60,423 nucleotides of DNA from a virus (taxonomy: Duplodnaviria; Caudoviricetes). The translations under genes were made by a program, and so were the position numbers. The stretch covers positions 1-60,423 of IMG/VR virus record IMGVR_UViG_3300037470_000309; one strand, written 5' to 3'. Every line of letters begins with the position of its first letter. Within the stretch, counting starts at the first letter, position 1. Of the stretch, positions 36,965 through 47,568 are shown one piece after another. Under the pieces are notes generated by a model that was given only the letters and a program-made list of their open reading frames with translations, had not been told where the DNA came from and did no database searches.

Positions 36965-39106
36965 ATGGCTGACGGGGCCCACGATCACGATCTCTTCCAT
37001 CTCGCCACCAAGGCAGACCTCGCCGCGCTGGAAACCCGCGTCAAAGCCCTTGAGGACGCCCCGCAGCCGCCTGCTGACGAGCAGCCGGCCGATCCTGTAC
37101 TCGAAGACCCGCCGGAAGCGGACCCGCCTGTAGACCCCCCGGAAACGCCACAGGACCCGCCCGAGCAGCCGGAGGAGGACCCCACGCTTCCCAGGCCAGA
37201 CTGGAACTTCCACATGCTCACGGAGGCGGTACGCGCCGATGACGCGTTTCTCTCTCTCCACATGCACCCGTCGAGCTATTACCGCTCCCAGAACCGGATC
37301 GTCATACCGGACGATCTGCCGCTGGAATATCACCGGCAGCGGAACCCGTTGAACGAGGGCGCCTACCGGCTGCAGCTCGCGCCGGTCACGGAAGACGAGA
37401 TCGGCGGCTGGCAGACGGTCGCCGAGGACAGCCCCGACCCCACCGCCCTGCGGTCCAGGTTCGATTTCGACGCCCATGGTCTGACGGAGGGGCTCTATTT
37501 CCTGCGCATCCTGCGGCCCAACGGGCAGGCGGGGGCGCGGACCCATGTCTATGTCGATCACGGCACGCTGGCGGAAAACCAGACCTTCATGGCGATCACC
37601 GAGCAGAATTACACATCGCGCCATGGCCTTTCGACCAGCGGCGTCGTACCGCTTGCGTTCGACCCGCGAATCCAGCCGCTTCTGCCGAGAGAGCCGGGAC
37701 CGATCGAGGGCAATAACTTCACGTCGGAGCCACTCGTCGCGCACCGCGCCGTCGCGCGCTACATCCCGCATATCGACGCGCAGGGACGGATGGGGGCGGA
37801 GACCCGTCAGTACTACTACACCCACCAGATTACCGAGGAGCTTCCGAGCACGCCGATCTTCGACGGGCCGCGCGGCATGGCGGTCGTACCTCCTGCAACC
37901 CAGATGGCATGGACCCACACTGGCGGGCTCTGGTATTGGGATGCGCACGGCTTCCGCATGATGAAGCCCGACGGGCATTTCATCACTCTGGCAGGCTGGC
38001 GGCACGTCGCGGGCAAGGCGGGAATGCTGGAGCTGGTCGGCGACTGGTCGGGCTGCCCGGAGCCGCACGGCGTCCGCGAGATGTGGGGCGGCCACTTTCT
38101 GCCGAACAGCCTCAGGATGGAGAACGGCCGGCACCTGACGAACCCCAGATGCCTGCTGTTCGACACGCCGCACAACCGCGTTCTCGTGGCGGAGTTCGAC
38201 AAGGACACCATGCCGGGGCAGGTGCCGTGCAAGATCACCGTTTTCGCGGACAATCTGATGGGCCCGTGGCAGGGGATAATGGGGGCCGACGCCAGTGAGA
38301 TCGTCATCGGCGAGCGGTTCGGCAACCGCCTCGGCGTGTGGAAAGAGGATGGCACGTTCCTCTACTACATCGTGGATGGCTCGGCGCAGGCCGGGCTGAT
38401 CGACGCGACCTCCGAACCAACCAGCCGGCGGCTTTCCAACAAGGCTTTAAAGAGCATGGGACCCCGCCAGCCCAGCGTGGCCGAGATACGCCAGTTCCCC
38501 ATGATCTGGCCGGAGGGGCTGGCGCGCTACGAAGATGGCGGGCGCAAATGGGCCTATGTCGCGTCGTCGGCGATGAGCCAATGCCTGCGTTTCGAGATCG
38601 CGCCGGGCGGCGATCGCCAAGTCGTGATCCAGGAGATGCCGGACGACGGCTTTGCCAACCTGGTGATCTGCCATGATGACAGCGTTTATCCGAAAGGCAC
38701 CATGCTGGTGTCCGACTGGACCGCTTCTTCCTTCGGCCAGCCGAAGCCCTACGCGCAGAACGGCCAGCGGATCGGGAGCCGGTTCGACAAGAAGTCGCAC
38801 TTCTTCGGTCGCGGCGGAGTCGCGAATCACGACTACGCAACGGCTTGCTGCGTGGGGGACGCGCGGATCGGCCAGTGGGGCCTCGCCTTCACGGGCTCGT
38901 CCCTCGGGCCGACCCGGATCAGTAAGACGATGGACCGCGATCCCGACCTGTTCTACGGCGATTACGTCGCGGGAAGGGAGGAGTGGCTGAAACGTGGCTA
39001 TGACGTGATCTACGACCCGTCGCTGCATTCGCTGCCGCTGCCGTGGGGCGAGGATGCGCGGATCGACACCTATCTGGCGGCGGAAGGGCACGCGCGGCCG
39101 GTCTGA
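36965..39106 (+). CDS. Large hypothetical protein, possible beta-propeller
   Basis: ATKADLAALETRVKALE coiled coil, Pro/Asp linker, repeated P-x-G blade-like segments. Confidence 0.65.
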   Translation: MADGAHDHDLFHLATKADLAALETRVKALEDAPQPPADEQPADPVLEDPPEADPPVDPPETPQDPPEQPEEDPTLPRPDWNFHMLTEAVRADDAFLSLHMHPSSYYRSQNRIVIPDDLPLEYHRQRNPLNEGAYRLQLAPVTEDEIGGWQTVAEDSPDPTALRSRFDFDAHGLTEGLYFLRILRPNGQAGARTHVYVDHGTLAENQTFMAITEQNYTSRHGLSTSGVVPLAFDPRIQPLLPREPGPIEGNNFTSEPLVAHRAVARYIPHIDAQGRMGAETRQYYYTHQITEELPSTPIFDGPRGMAVVPPATQMAWTHTGGLWYWDAHGFRMMKPDGHFITLAGWRHVAGKAGMLELVGDWSGCPEPHGVREMWGGHFLPNSLRMENGRHLTNPRCLLFDTPHNRVLVAEFDKDTMPGQVPCKITVFADNLMGPWQGIMGADASEIVIGERFGNRLGVWKEDGTFLYYIVDGSAQAGLIDATSEPTSRRLSNKALKSMGPRQPSVAEIRQFPMIWPEGLARYEDGGRKWAYVASSAMSQCLRFEIAPGGDRQVVIQEMPDDGFANLVICHDDSVYPKGTMLVSDWTASSFGQPKPYAQNGQRIGSRFDKKSHFFGRGGVANHDYATACCVGDARIGQWGLAFTGSSLGPTRISKTMDRDPDLFYGDYVAGREEWLKRGYDVIYDPSLHSLPLPWGEDARIDTYLAAEGHARPV

Positions 39107-39254
39107 TTAAAAACCCGGACATCGATTACTTTCTGGATCGCTGTGCGGTGCTGCGGTGAGCCTGTAGAGCTGCTGTGGCGGGAGAGCCGGGAGTAGGCCA
39201 GTTATACCAAACCGCCTTTCCGTATAACTCACCGCCGGTGAACTGTATTCTGTA

Positions 39255-40409
39255 TCACTCCCCCCGCATTAGCGGAGACCGGAGGAGGGCTTTGATCCCC
39301 GCTGGCATGTGCTTACAGGAACATTCCGGGTAAGCGCATAGAAGGTGAAGGTCAGCCGTCATGCATGCTTCGCGAATGCACTCCGCCACGTATTCCGCGT
39401 CCTCGGCGGGATCGGGGGCGCTTGTCACGGAGTCGTTGAACAGGACCCGTACCAGCTTGTAGCGGTAGGGCATCAGTGCTGCTCCTCCGCACGCATTCTG
39501 TAGCGAGAAGCCGCCTCCTCCGCCGTCTCCGGTCGCAGCCTTCCTGATTTCGCGCCCGCGTTCCAGGCATCCCGCAGGGCGGCTTCGATGGCCGCTATGG
39601 TCGCCTTCGTCTCGGTTTGGTTGACCGGCGGCAGCGCCATTATGGCGCGGGCTCTTGCGGCGAAGTCCATCATCCTTGCTCCGGCTGTCGGGGCGTCTCC
39701 ATCTTCGCCAACTCGTCCGCGAAGGCATGGAACGCGGCAGATATGGCGGGGTTGCTGGCGTCCCTGTGGTTGAAATGGGCTGCGGCGATTCGCCGGGCAG
39801 CCAGCTCTATGCGTTCAATATCGGTCATCTACCCTTTCTCCCTTGCCCGCAGGCTTGCTATCGTGAGGGCGAGGGCAGGGGTGGCGGCCTCCGCGACCCT
39901 TCGTCCTCTTTCTGCCGTCGTTTTGCCCGGATATACTCCGCAACGCGTGCCTCATACATCTCTCGGGCATCCGGGACGCTGGACATCAGCGCAACCCCGG
40001 CGGTGAAGCCGTCGATCCAGTCGGCAGGCGATTGCACGGTCATGGCTGCGCCTCCGTGTTGTCCGGCATTCTGTCCAGAAGAAGCGCGGCCCACCGTTTG
40101 ATGGCCTCCACGTCGTCAAATTCAAGATGCACAGCGTAGGGGCTTTGCGCGCCTTCATAGCGAGGCTTGCCGACATCCCAGTCCCGCAGGCCGGCGAACA
40201 GCTCGTCAATGTCCATCATCTCCTCCTATCGGTCATGGCGTGAAGGCCGCGCGCACGTCCTCAGGGCTCGGCAGGTGGTCGTCAAGCCCGGCGGCTTGCA
40301 TCCGCTGCAACAGCGCCTCCGCTTCCTCGTATCGCCGTTGCGCCAAGGCCAGTTCGTCCCGGCGGGTTTTCACGAAGTCCCAAAGCGCCGCCTGTAGCTC
40401 TTTGTCCAT
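39255..40409 (-). CDS. Cluster of six small leftward hypothetical genes (39255-39473, 39473-39673, 39670-39828, 39858-40043, 40040-40219, 40233-40409)
   Basis: Overlapping start/stop codons and RBSs. Confidence 0.55.
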
Positions 40410-40458
40410 ATCATTTCCCCTCACATCGTAAGCCGGTTTGCGAACACGCCATGAACGT

Positions 40459-40881
40459 CTATAGTCGGCCATCCTTCAAATCCCTGATAAGCCTCATCAG
40501 ATAATGCGACGGGCGAAACCACTCTCCCCGGATGCGCGATTTTTTGAACCGCTTGTGCATCTTCGCTTCATCGCTCTCAGTGCCGGGCATGGTGGCGACA
40601 AGCCGCAGCGTCTCGTGGTGGGCCGTCTGTAGGGCACCGAAGCGCATCTTCGGATCGGACGAAAAGCCGATCTTGATCGGTCCGCTCTCGCCCGCCTGAA
40701 TGAAATAGACGAAGCCCTGTGCGCGCCGATAGAACGGCTCCTGAATGTACCGCTCTTCTTCCTCGGTAATCGGGCAATGCCGTTTCAGGAGCGGGCGCCT
40801 TTCCAGCCCGTAGCGTGCCAGCACCTCGCGCTCCCGGTTCATCGCCTCCATTCCATCGTCGGGGTTGTCCCATCGTGCCAT
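40459..40881 (-). CDS. T5orf172/MUG113 (GIY-YIG-like) domain protein
   Basis: GFVYFIQ...IKIGFS.DP..R...LQT...E..MH.RF...RIRGEWF. Confidence 0.85.
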   Translation of the reverse strand: MARWDNPDDGMEAMNREREVLARYGLERRPLLKRHCPITEEEERYIQEPFYRRAQGFVYFIQAGESGPIKIGFSSDPKMRFGALQTAHHETLRLVATMPGTESDEAKMHKRFKKSRIRGEWFRPSHYLMRLIRDLKDGRL

Positions 40882-41001
40882 TGCTGTGCCGACTCCTGTG
40901 CGATCACGTTCCCCGTTTATACCACGATTTACGCTGCCCCCGCACCCTGTAACCCGCATAAATCCGCCATTTCTGCCGTTTTTCTGGTCCGCGCAACCCG
41001 G

Positions 41002-41047
41002 ACTGAAAATGCAGGTGTCGGTGGTTCGATTCCGCCCCTGGGCACCA
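41002..41047 (+). other. attP core identical in form to the 3' half of tRNA-Phe(GAA)
   Basis: actgaaaatgcaggtgtcggtggttcgattccgcccctgggcacca: anticodon loop, T-arm and CCA, with no D-arm or 5' half; adjacent to integrase. Confidence 0.88.
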
Positions 41048-41062
41048 CTTTCTCTTACAATA

Positions 41063-42097
41063 TCAAGCATCTGTCGATTCCGCTGCCTTGCTATGCAGGT
41101 GCCCATGTGCCGACATTTGTGCGGCGTCATGCAGATCGGCGATATTCAGGAAGGCGTAGGACCGCTCGGTTACGGCCACCGTCTTGTGCCCCAGCCACCG
41201 GCTGACGCGGAAGATATCGACGCCCGACTGTAGCAGCCACGATCCGCAGGTGCGTCTGAGGTCGTGCCAGCGCAAATCCTCGATTCCCGCCCGTCTCGCG
41301 GCTCCGGCAAGCCCTCGGGTGAGCCGCCGATACCGTTCCCCCTCCCCAGTACAGAAGACCCAGGGCGCGCTTATGTGGCGCGCTATTGAGCGTAGTGCGG
41401 CAATGGCTCCGTCGGTCAGCGGGACCGTGCGCGGTGTGCCGGTTTTCGTGACAGGTACGAACACCTCCCGCCGGCCGTAATGGACCTGATCCCATGTCAG
41501 GGAAAGCTGCTCTTCCCGCCTCAGTCCGGTGTGGACGGCGAAGGCGATGGCGGGCCTGAGGTACGGGCTGGCCGCTTCTATGAGGCGGTCGAATTCTTCT
41601 CGCGTGAGATAGCGAGTGCGGGGATCGCCCACCTTCACCCGTCGCTTGTCCATCATCTTGACCGGGTTTGCGTCCGCCCAGCCCCAGCCTATCGCGGAAC
41701 GGTAGGCAGACGACAGACAGGCGAGGTCCCGTCTCACCGTCGAGGCTGACGCGCCCTCCCGCCTGCGGTAGGATATGAACTGATCCAGCTTGGTCAGCGT
41801 GACCTGGTGGAGGTACAAGCCTGAGAAATGCGGCACCATGTGCTGGGCCGATATGATGTACCGCTCCTGTGACGACGGCGCGAGGTCGGGCAGGTGTTCG
41901 GAGGTAAAGCGCAGCATCATGTCATCGAAGGTCCGGGCCGGCTCCCCGCCGCGCCTTTGCCGCCCGAGCTCTTCGCGGAGCTCCTTTTCAAACTCTTCCG
42001 CAGTTCGCTTAACTGTCGTGTGAGCCGACCGTCTGATTTCCCGGCCGTCGTGCTGAAATCGTATCCACCAGACCTTGCCGCGCCTGTAGATGGACAT
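41063..42097 (-). CDS. int: Tyrosine integrase
   Basis: HTGLRREE (R), TKT (K), HDLRRT (HxxR), LGH, SY catalytic residues. Confidence 0.95.
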   Translation of the reverse strand: MSIYRRGKVWWIRFQHDGREIRRSAHTTVKRTAEEFEKELREELGRQRRGGEPARTFDDMMLRFTSEHLPDLAPSSQERYIISAQHMVPHFSGLYLHQVTLTKLDQFISYRRREGASASTVRRDLACLSSAYRSAIGWGWADANPVKMMDKRRVKVGDPRTRYLTREEFDRLIEAASPYLRPAIAFAVHTGLRREEQLSLTWDQVHYGRREVFVPVTKTGTPRTVPLTDGAIAALRSIARHISAPWVFCTGEGERYRRLTRGLAGAARRAGIEDLRWHDLRRTCGSWLLQSGVDIFRVSRWLGHKTVAVTERSYAFLNIADLHDAAQMSAHGHLHSKAAESTDA

Positions 42098-42273
42098 GGC
42101 GGAACCTCCCGAGAATTGCGCCAGTTCGTGAGCTTGTCCGGGTCGAACCGCCAGACGCCTTCGAGCTTGTAGGCTCCCGGCAACTTACCCTCCCGCGCCC
42201 ACAGCCGGATAGTAGAGCCGTCAACCCCCAGAATCACAACGGCGCCGGTTATGTCAACGGGCTGCGTCATCAT
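41917..42273 (-). CDS. xis: Excisionase (HTH_17-like)
   Basis: LGVDGSTIRLWAREGKLPGAYKLEGVWRFD; C-terminus overlaps int. Confidence 0.75.
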   Translation of the reverse strand: MMTQPVDITGAVVILGVDGSTIRLWAREGKLPGAYKLEGVWRFDPDKLTNWRNSREVPPCPSTGAARSGGYDFSTTAGKSDGRLTRQLSELRKSLKRSSAKSSGGKGAAGSRPGPSMT

Positions 42274-42302
42274 CCGTCTCTGGCACACATCAGCCGCACG
42301 GG

Positions 42303-43530
42303 TCAGTCCTCCAGCGCGGCGCGGCGAAGCTGATGCCAGGCGTCCACCAATGGTTGTCCCTCCACCGTCTCTAGCGCGGCACGAAGGGCGTCGATGTTTC
42401 TCAGCCTGACAACCGCCCGGCTCCGTTCCACGTCGTAAGGGCTGGCGGCTCGTTTCGCCTCGTCAGGATCATCGGAAAACAGGTGCGGGTCGGTCATACG
42501 GCACATCGCGGCGATGATTTCATTATCCATCTGCGCTCTCCCCCGTGCTGGCGGCGAGCAGTTGCCATATTTCCAATTCCGCATCGGCACGTTGCTTAGT
42601 GGCTTCACGCATAGCCGCTACATCCCCCCGCGCTGCTGCGTCGAGGCCATGCCCGGAAGCATTACGCACGCGCTCTAGCAATTCCCTCGGCACCACCACC
42701 ATCCCCGCCATATCCCCGGTATCGGCGAGGGCTTCGTCGGCTACCTTCATGCGGCGGTAGAACTCACGGGCAAGCTGTTCCCATTTGATCCCCGTCTGGT
42801 CGCCAACTGTGTAGTTTGCGGCACAATCAACCAGCGCCTCCCGAATCGCCACACACCGCGCCCGCGCTTCGTCCCGTTCCCGCTCCATGGCGGTGAGGGC
42901 GGCGTGGAGGTCGCGTAACTCGTGCTTCCACCACGGGCCGCAGAACGCACCCTCTGTGCCGTAAGCCTCGTGAACAATTTCGTTGATGCGTTCAGGCTCG
43001 GATGGCGCGGGCTTGATGCGTCCACAGCAGCATTGATCAGCCATTGTCCTCATCCTTCCCAAGGGCGGCGCGGATACGGTTGGGCAGGTTGTCGTTTGTG
43101 TCGTTCCAAAATTCGTCGATGAACCCGACGGACTCCCCGAGCAGCCCCTCCATCTCGCGCACCCTTGCGCACAGCGCCCGCAGGTTGCCCTTGGTGAAAT
43201 ACCCGCGCGGCGCTCCGGTCATGGACCCCATAAAGCAGCCATCGGGTATCGGGTCGGGGGCCACTTGGTCGGTAGCGTCAAGCCAGCGTTCAATCCGTTC
43301 CAGCGGCTCGATATCCGGTGTGTCTGTCATCGGCCGGTCTCCGCGTTACAGGTCGGGCAGGGCCGCCCGCGCTTGTCGAGATACCAGGGCTCCGATTCCG
43401 CTACCCATCCGGTGTCGTGGCCGCACCGCCGGCATTTGAGTTGCACCATGTCGGAGCCGGCATCGACAACGTGCATCATGATGCGGCGCTTTCGCGTTCG
43501 CGGGAGAGTGTCGAACAACAGATTGGTCAT
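42303..43530 (-). CDS. Four small early genes (42303-42530, 42523-43044, 43037-43330, 43327-43530 Zn ribbon)
   Basis: Coupled ORFs; the last has CRRC...CPTC. Confidence 0.55.
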
Positions 43531-43868
43531 CGGTCTCTCCCCCGCTGTTTGAGATAGTCGGCGTACAGCTCGCGGGCGTAGGCTCGTAAGGCTGTCCGCA
43601 GAACGGTGTCCGGCAGCATCTCCCGCAGCGTTGAAATCTCGCCGTCCTCATGGCACTGTACATGGACGGAATGCCGTAGCGGGATCGCCTCGTCATCGCT
43701 CTTGAGCGCCTTGCCGGCGGTCCCGATATGGGCGGGATCAACAGCGTCATCCGGTGCCGCCCGCCAGCCCGTGACGAGGCAGGGCTGCTCGCGGAGCCAG
43801 TCCAGGTACTTGCGATCCCGGACCACGCCTTTCTGGTACACGGCGCGCATGGGGCGGACCTGAGTCAT
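43527..43868 (-). CDS. DUF968-like HNH-related protein
   Basis: YLDWLREQPCLVTG...PAHI...KSDD.AIPL...H..CH. Confidence 0.65.
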   Translation of the reverse strand: MTQVRPMRAVYQKGVVRDRKYLDWLREQPCLVTGWRAAPDDAVDPAHIGTAGKALKSDDEAIPLRHSVHVQCHEDGEISTLREMLPDTVLRTALRAYARELYADYLKQRGRDR

Positions 43869-43869
43869 G

Positions 43870-44500
43870 TCAGCGGGGTTCCGGCCACGGGATCATCGGG
43901 CAGTGTGGGTCGCGGCAGCCATCAGGTTCCCCGTCGCAATCGGCCTCGCAGCGTGGGCAGGTCAGCTTTTCGTCAAGGCCAAGATTCGGCAGGCCAAGCG
44001 AGCGGCGGTATTCCAAGCGGTCCATCACTTCCTCCGGTGCGGTTTGCGTCCCATCGCCAGCCCCATCACCCACGGCGCGGCGCGCCCAAGCGGTACATTC
44101 CAGACCAGCCACATGAGAAAACGGCGCATCGTGCTCATCGGTATCTTCCCTCGTGATCAATCCCGGAACGGGCACTCGAAATCGCAGTACTCAGACCCGG
44201 CCAGCATGCAGGTCCCGTCCGGTAGCTGGCCGCAGTTGGCCACCGCTTCCTCGTAGGGATCCTCGTCCACGTCCCAATCGTGTAGATTGTGGTCAGTCCA
44301 CATCGCATCTATCCTCTCTCGTCCTGTGGCGGGGCGGGGAGGGGCACGGTATGGAGATAGAACCCCATCACGCCGGCGATATGGAGCGCCCGATCCCGAC
44401 ATGGCTGGCATACCGACAGCGGGGCTCGCCCGGGCCAGAACACGTCGAACTCCGCTGCATTGGTGCAATCGTTTGATCCGCAGTCCATCATCTCCCCCAT
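43870..44500 (-). CDS. Three small Cys-rich hypothetical genes (~43870-44160, 44157-44303, 44309-44500)
   Basis: Cys clusters; starts uncertain. Confidence 0.45.
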
Positions 44501-44594
44501 CAGGCCGCTACCGGCTGTGCCCGCAGGGGCGCACCATTCCGGGCCAGCGGATCAATGGTGCATGCCGGGACCATCCCGGCTTCCCCTGCGGTTC

Positions 44595-45119
44595 TCATGC
44601 CGCTTGCCCGGCTTGCCGGCGCAGCTCGTCCGGCTTCACTCCGATCATCTCGGATACGATGCCGAGCACGGCCTGTTTCGACTCCTCGAAATCCCGTTTA
44701 CCCATTGCCTTCATGGACTGCGATTTCGCCGTATAGACGGTGACAACCGCGTCCTTCGCGGTCACGACGGCGTAATCGTCCATCGGCTTGACGAACGCCG
44801 CGATCCGCTGCGCTTCGGCCTTGCTGGCGCCGACGATGGACCGCTCGTCGGCATAGCCGGCCTTGATAAGCGCCCACTTCCGAAGATGTTCCGAGGTCGG
44901 GAACCGCTCCACCTGTTCGTCCGACAGGCTCTGCCATGCGTCATGCAGCGCCGCGAAATAGTGGCGGTGGCTGGTCTCCGATCGGTCGTGGAACTCGACC
45001 AGCCGGTACTGCATGCCGACCACGAACCGCTTGTCCGCCTGTACGGGCCAGTAGTTGCCGGGCGGGCGCATGCAGCCTTCGTCGGTCCAGACGAACGGGA
45101 AGGGGGACTGGTCGCTCAT
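44595..45119 (-). CDS. Recombination-module hypothetical protein (NinB-like?)
   Basis: Coupled to the exonuclease; SHRHYFA, SQSMKAMGKRDF. Confidence 0.55.
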   Translation of the reverse strand: MSDQSPFPFVWTDEGCMRPPGNYWPVQADKRFVVGMQYRLVEFHDRSETSHRHYFAALHDAWQSLSDEQVERFPTSEHLRKWALIKAGYADERSIVGASKAEAQRIAAFVKPMDDYAVVTAKDAVVTVYTAKSQSMKAMGKRDFEESKQAVLGIVSEMIGVKPDELRRQAGQAA

Positions 45120-45754
45120 GCCGCGGCCCTTCTCTCTGCCATCTTCTGCAGCACGGCCAGGATTTCATCGCGGTCCTTTCGGAGCGTCGTCAGCCGGACG
45201 GCGAGTTGTGCCTGTAGTTGAAGGTCCGGCTCCTGCCGGATCGTCAGAAGCGGCAGCTCGGGGTGGAAGAAAATCAGGTCGCACCAATTGCGCGCGCAGA
45301 TCATCATCTGGCCCTGCGTCTGTTGAACGTAATCCGGCGGGCAGCGACCGTGCTTTTGGTGGTACAGGATCGCGTCTATGTGGCGGTCGGCTTTTAATGC
45401 CTTCACCTCGACCATGCCGGCATCGCCGACCAACCCATCCGGCGAGCACCCGATATGCCCGGTATCGTCGGTTGCGAAGCCGACAGGCACGATCTCCACG
45501 TCATGGGCGAACTCATAGAGCGCGAGGGCCTGCCCCTCCATCTCCCGGCCGCGCTCGGTCCAGCCGTTGCCTTCCCATGCTTCCAGCGGCTTGCCGGCGA
45601 ACAGCTCGGCCGCCAGCGTCCGCACATAGGCGGCGGCCTGTTTCGACGGCTCACCCGTGCTGGTGACGACCTTCGAGAACTCGGAAGCGGTTGGCATGCC
45701 AGCGCGCAGCGCGTACCACTCCGGGGATCGCTGCTCTACATCGTGAATGATCAT
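45116..45754 (-). CDS. Lambda-type (YqaJ) exonuclease
   Basis: QRSPEWYALRAGMPTASEF, GCSPDGLV, EVK, QTQGQM. Confidence 0.9.
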   Translation of the reverse strand: MIIHDVEQRSPEWYALRAGMPTASEFSKVVTSTGEPSKQAAAYVRTLAAELFAGKPLEAWEGNGWTERGREMEGQALALYEFAHDVEIVPVGFATDDTGHIGCSPDGLVGDAGMVEVKALKADRHIDAILYHQKHGRCPPDYVQQTQGQMMICARNWCDLIFFHPELPLLTIRQEPDLQLQAQLAVRLTTLRKDRDEILAVLQKMAERRAAA

Positions 45755-45764
45755 GATGCACCTG

Positions 45765-46787
45765 CTAGTAAGAGATGGAGACGCGGGGGATGGTCTTCTG
45801 GGCGATGAGGGTCACTGCGGCCTTCGCATCTCTCTCCGACAACCCGCCCTTTACGAAAGCATCGGCGGCGGCCTTGTTGATCGCGCCACGGTGCTTTTTG
45901 TTTGCCTCACGCGCGGCGGCCTCTTCTGTTTCCCGCGCGGCCATCTCTTCGGCTTCGCGGCGCAACCGTTCCTCAGCATCTTTGGCGGCTTGCGCAGCTC
46001 GGCGCTCAGCCTGTTCGGCCGCGAGCTTTAGCTCAAGCTCCCGCCGCTCGGCATCGGCTTTAGCCTTGGCTGCCTCGGCCTCTACCCGTTCCCGTTCCTC
46101 ACGCGCCTTGCGCTCGGCTTCCTCTGCGGCGCGCTGTGTGGCCTCCTTGCGGATTTGTTCCTCGCGTTCGGCGCGCTCGCGTTCCTCGGCCTCTTTGCGG
46201 AGACGCTCCAATTCGGCCTGTTCGGCGTCGTGCTTTTGGCGCTTCGCTATGGCATCACGGATCGACGTTATCGCCCGCTCCTTGGTCTGTGCGGCGATAA
46301 GCGCAAGCTCTTCCCAGCGGTCTTCGCCGATGGACTCGGATTCGATTTCCGCCAGCCGGTCCTTCATTGCTTGCAGCGGGATTTCAAGCCAGGACTCGGC
46401 CGTGTGCCGTCCAGCCTCTTCCATCTCGGATAGGTCGGCCTGATGCTTCGCAATCCGGTCCTTCTCGCGCTGCTCGATCTCCCGGATTGGCGCTTCGTGA
46501 ACTTCGATCATGCCGTCGATTTCCGCCATGATCTCCTTGGCCTGCTGGTCAACACGGCGGCCATATTCGAGGCTGGCAGCCTTCTCTTCTTTCCGTGCCT
46601 TCTCTACTGCCGCCTTCGTCTGGCGCAGCTTGTAGATGTGGCTCCGGGCTTCCTTGTTGCCCTTCGGATCCTCGTAATTGAAGCGCGCCTCTTCGTTCAT
46701 GCGGCGGAGCGTGTCGAGTTGAGATCGGAACTCGTTGTAAGCGGCAATGGCGCTGTTGTGGCCGATTGTTGCAGGTAGAGCGTCCAT
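45765..46787 (-). CDS. Coiled-coil protein of the recombination module
   Basis: Glu/Ala/Arg-rich; sits between ERF and exonuclease. Confidence 0.7.
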   Translation of the reverse strand: MDALPATIGHNSAIAAYNEFRSQLDTLRRMNEEARFNYEDPKGNKEARSHIYKLRQTKAAVEKARKEEKAASLEYGRRVDQQAKEIMAEIDGMIEVHEAPIREIEQREKDRIAKHQADLSEMEEAGRHTAESWLEIPLQAMKDRLAEIESESIGEDRWEELALIAAQTKERAITSIRDAIAKRQKHDAEQAELERLRKEAEERERAEREEQIRKEATQRAAEEAERKAREERERVEAEAAKAKADAERRELELKLAAEQAERRAAQAAKDAEERLRREAEEMAARETEEAAAREANKKHRGAINKAAADAFVKGGLSERDAKAAVTLIAQKTIPRVSISY

Positions 46788-46788
46788 G

Positions 46789-47529
46789 TTATTTTCCCTT
46801 CTGCTTGCGCTTCGCTTCGAGCGCCGTCTTGGCTTCGTTGAAGCGCGAGGCTGCGAGGTCGTCTATGCTGGGCACATTGAGGAAGGCGAGGAACTTCGCC
46901 GTATCCGCGCCGGTCTCCTTCATCAGGTCGATGAGCGTGGTTTTCTGGTCGGCGGTGATGAGGCGCGCCGCCCCATCGGTCGCGTCGTCATCCTGCCCCT
47001 TCGCGGCGAGCCCGGTGGCGGCAAGGAGCGTATAGCGTTCCAGATAGGTGACAGTGGAGCCGACGGCCTGAATGTTGTTCTTGGACCCGGACTGATCAGC
47101 CCCGGCCTGCATCGAAACCCGTTCGCTGTGCCCCTGCTCATGTGTTAGAATGCAGGTCACGCGGATCATGCCGCCGTCAAGCTGCTCGACCTCCCAGCGA
47201 TGGGAAAGGCCGTGCTGGCTCAGGGCGGCCCCGATGGCGGCGGCGGCAACGTCGAGGGTGACGTATTCGTACTCGGTGCGCTTCTCGCCCGTCCCGAAGC
47301 CGGCGCGCTTGTTCTTGCTGACTGTCGGCGGATTTTCCTTGAACGCATTGAGCGCCACGACGAACGCCTTGCGGGCTTGCGTGGCCTCCCAACGTTCTTG
47401 CAAGTCCATCAGCTTGGATAGCTTGTCGAGGTCCGCCCCTTGCTCCACCGCGATCTGGAGCATCTGCATCGGCGTAATCGCTGGCGCGATCTCCCGCGGT
47501 TCCATCTTCGTTACGGCGTTTTCAGTCAT
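46789..47529 (-). CDS. erf: ERF-family ssDNA annealing protein
   Basis: VTCILTHEQGH, QAVGSTVTYLERYTL, DDD motifs. Confidence 0.88.
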   Translation of the reverse strand: MTENAVTKMEPREIAPAITPMQMLQIAVEQGADLDKLSKLMDLQERWEATQARKAFVVALNAFKENPPTVSKNKRAGFGTGEKRTEYEYVTLDVAAAAIGAALSQHGLSHRWEVEQLDGGMIRVTCILTHEQGHSERVSMQAGADQSGSKNNIQAVGSTVTYLERYTLLAATGLAAKGQDDDATDGAARLITADQKTTLIDLMKETGADTAKFLAFLNVPSIDDLAASRFNEAKTALEAKRKQKGK

Positions 47530-47568
47530 TGCTTTCTCCCTCTATCGCGGTGCTGGCGAACTCAGGCA

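Noticed and set aside
39199-39229. Inverted repeat agttatac...gtataact as ncRNA or operator
   Set aside because: Only an 8-bp stem at the convergence of two operons; no second copy or other support
40459-40881. Intron or intein-associated homing endonuclease
   Set aside because: Free-standing T5orf172-type gene that interrupts nothing
40975-41047. Complete tRNA-Phe gene
   Set aside because: The 5' acceptor strand and D-arm are missing and the anticodon stem does not pair, so it is an attP core
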